A stretch of 64,000 nt of DNA. Source: Naegleria gruberi. Lineage: Eukaryota. Below the pieces are notes generated by a model. It was not told where the DNA came from. It saw only the letters and a program-made list of their open reading frames with translations, and did not search any database. The stretch's first letter is position 1. Each line of letters starts with the position of its first letter. The DNA is taken from NCBI GenBank assembly GCA_000004985.1, contig GG738918.1. The stretch is one strand, 5' to 3'. The position numbers and the translations under genes were made by a program. Of the stretch, positions 63,331 through 64,000 are shown piece after piece.

Positions 63331-64000
63331 ATGGTTGCACAAAACTTGATTCTCATTGTTGGTGATTATGGTGAGTGTTCATTCCTTGCTGATGATGATG
63401 ATTTATTAAATTTTAATATTATTTATTATTGAATAAATTTAATGGATGAATTGACAATTAATTCATTATCGGATTAATCAATTAATTTAATTAATGATGA
63501 TGATGATCGGATCAAATAGTTGAGGACTATGAAGCTATGGTTCCTTATCAAGCCTTGACCATGGTTGGTCACTCTGTTAGTGTCATTTCTCCAGGAAAGA
63601 AGAAGGGTGATAAGGTTGTCACTGCAATTCATGATTTCTTACCTGGTGAACAAACTTACACTGAATTGAAGGGACATAATTTTGCTATTACTGCTGATTT
63701 TGATGATGTTCTCTCAAATTTGGATAATTTTGGAGGGTTGATTCTTCCTGGAGGTAGATGTTCTGAATATTTGAGATTGCATGATAATGTTTTGACAATT
63801 GTCAAGCATTTCCTTGAAAAGAAAAAGCCAATTGCTGCCATTTGTCATGGACCTTTGATTTTGACACCATTCCCAGAACATTTGAAGGGAAAGAGAATTA
63901 GTGCCTATTTTGCTTGTAAACATGATATTCAAAATACTGGTGCTGAATATGTTCAATGTGGAGCTGAAGATGCCGTAGTTAGTGATAATATTGTCACTGG
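63331..64000 (+). CDS. DJ-1/PfpI-family (class I glutamine-amidotransferase-like) protein; the 3' end is outside the window
   Basis: 'gacaaaaaaaATGgtt'. Exon 1 (63331..63370) joins exon 2 (63520..64000 and beyond) through a 149-nt GTGAGT...AATAG intron. 'LILIVGDYVEDYEAMVPYQAL', 'LILPGGRCSEYLR', and the nucleophile elbow 'IAAICHGPLIL'. Confidence 0.8.

Noticed and set aside
1-64000. Prokaryotic-style systems: CRISPR arrays, defence islands, operons, toxin-antitoxin pairs, integrases or transposases.
   Set aside because: The window is eukaryotic, with spliceosomal introns, a 5S gene with a Pol III T-run, and ubiquitin, tubulin, kinesin and VPS11 genes. I saw no direct-repeat/spacer arrays and no recombinase, transposase or reverse-transcriptase ORFs. 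Gene adjacency here does not imply co-function.
1-64000. tRNA, snRNA and other small structured RNA genes.
   Set aside because: I scanned spacers by eye for T-loop (GGTTCGAATCC-like), D-loop (AGTGGT / TAGCTCAG) and conserved U1/U2/U4/U5/U6 core sequences and found no convincing match. A covariance-model scan (tRNAscan-SE, Rfam) is needed to be sure.

Overview
This window is eukaryotic nuclear DNA, not prokaryotic. It is AT-rich (about one-third G+C by eye) and very gene-dense, with about 35 protein-coding genes on both strands in 64 kb and spacers mostly 100-700 bp. It uses the standard genetic code. Introns are GT-AG and mostly tiny (39-94 nt, a few 149-304 nt). Start codons are usually preceded by an A-run (AAAAAAATG). 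The ORF track uses alternative start codons (TTG/GTG), so I re-derived several starts and exon joins by hand. The gene content includes N/Q/S-rich tails, a receptor-type class III cyclase, 7TM-RGS proteins, F-box/LRR proteins, a Zn2Cys6 factor and a divergent tubulin. This points to a free-living amoeboid protist (a heterolobosean of the Naegleria type, or an amoebozoan), but I cannot fix the species without a database search. Confident calls are one 5S rRNA gene, a di-ubiquitin gene, an ABCG half-transporter, casein kinase 1, a kinesin, UBA3, VPS11, a beta-tubulin-like gene, an XRN-family nuclease, ribosomal protein eL42, a DAO-Rieske oxidoreductase and a DJ-1/PfpI gene. I found no tRNA, CRISPR array, operon, transposase, reverse transcriptase or integrase. 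The items most worth a second look are: (1) an F-box/LRR protein fused to a Vps34-like C2-helical-kinase module with its catalytic motifs lost and a single in-frame TAG at the junction; (2) a roughly 1.2 kb unit bounded by inverted repeats that carries a strongly divergent di-ubiquitin gene, with the 5S rRNA gene inside one repeat arm; (3) two paralogous plant-type 7TM-RGS genes; (4) an XRN-like nuclease with a C-terminal dsRNA-binding motif; (5) a Pol-beta-type nucleotidyltransferase fused to a ligase-like region that lacks the motif I lysine; (6) a receptor cyclase with substituted catalytic residues; (7) a Rho-GTPase gene that stops after its third exon. All homology statements are by-eye alignments to family consensus sequences recalled from memory. 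No searches or computations were run.
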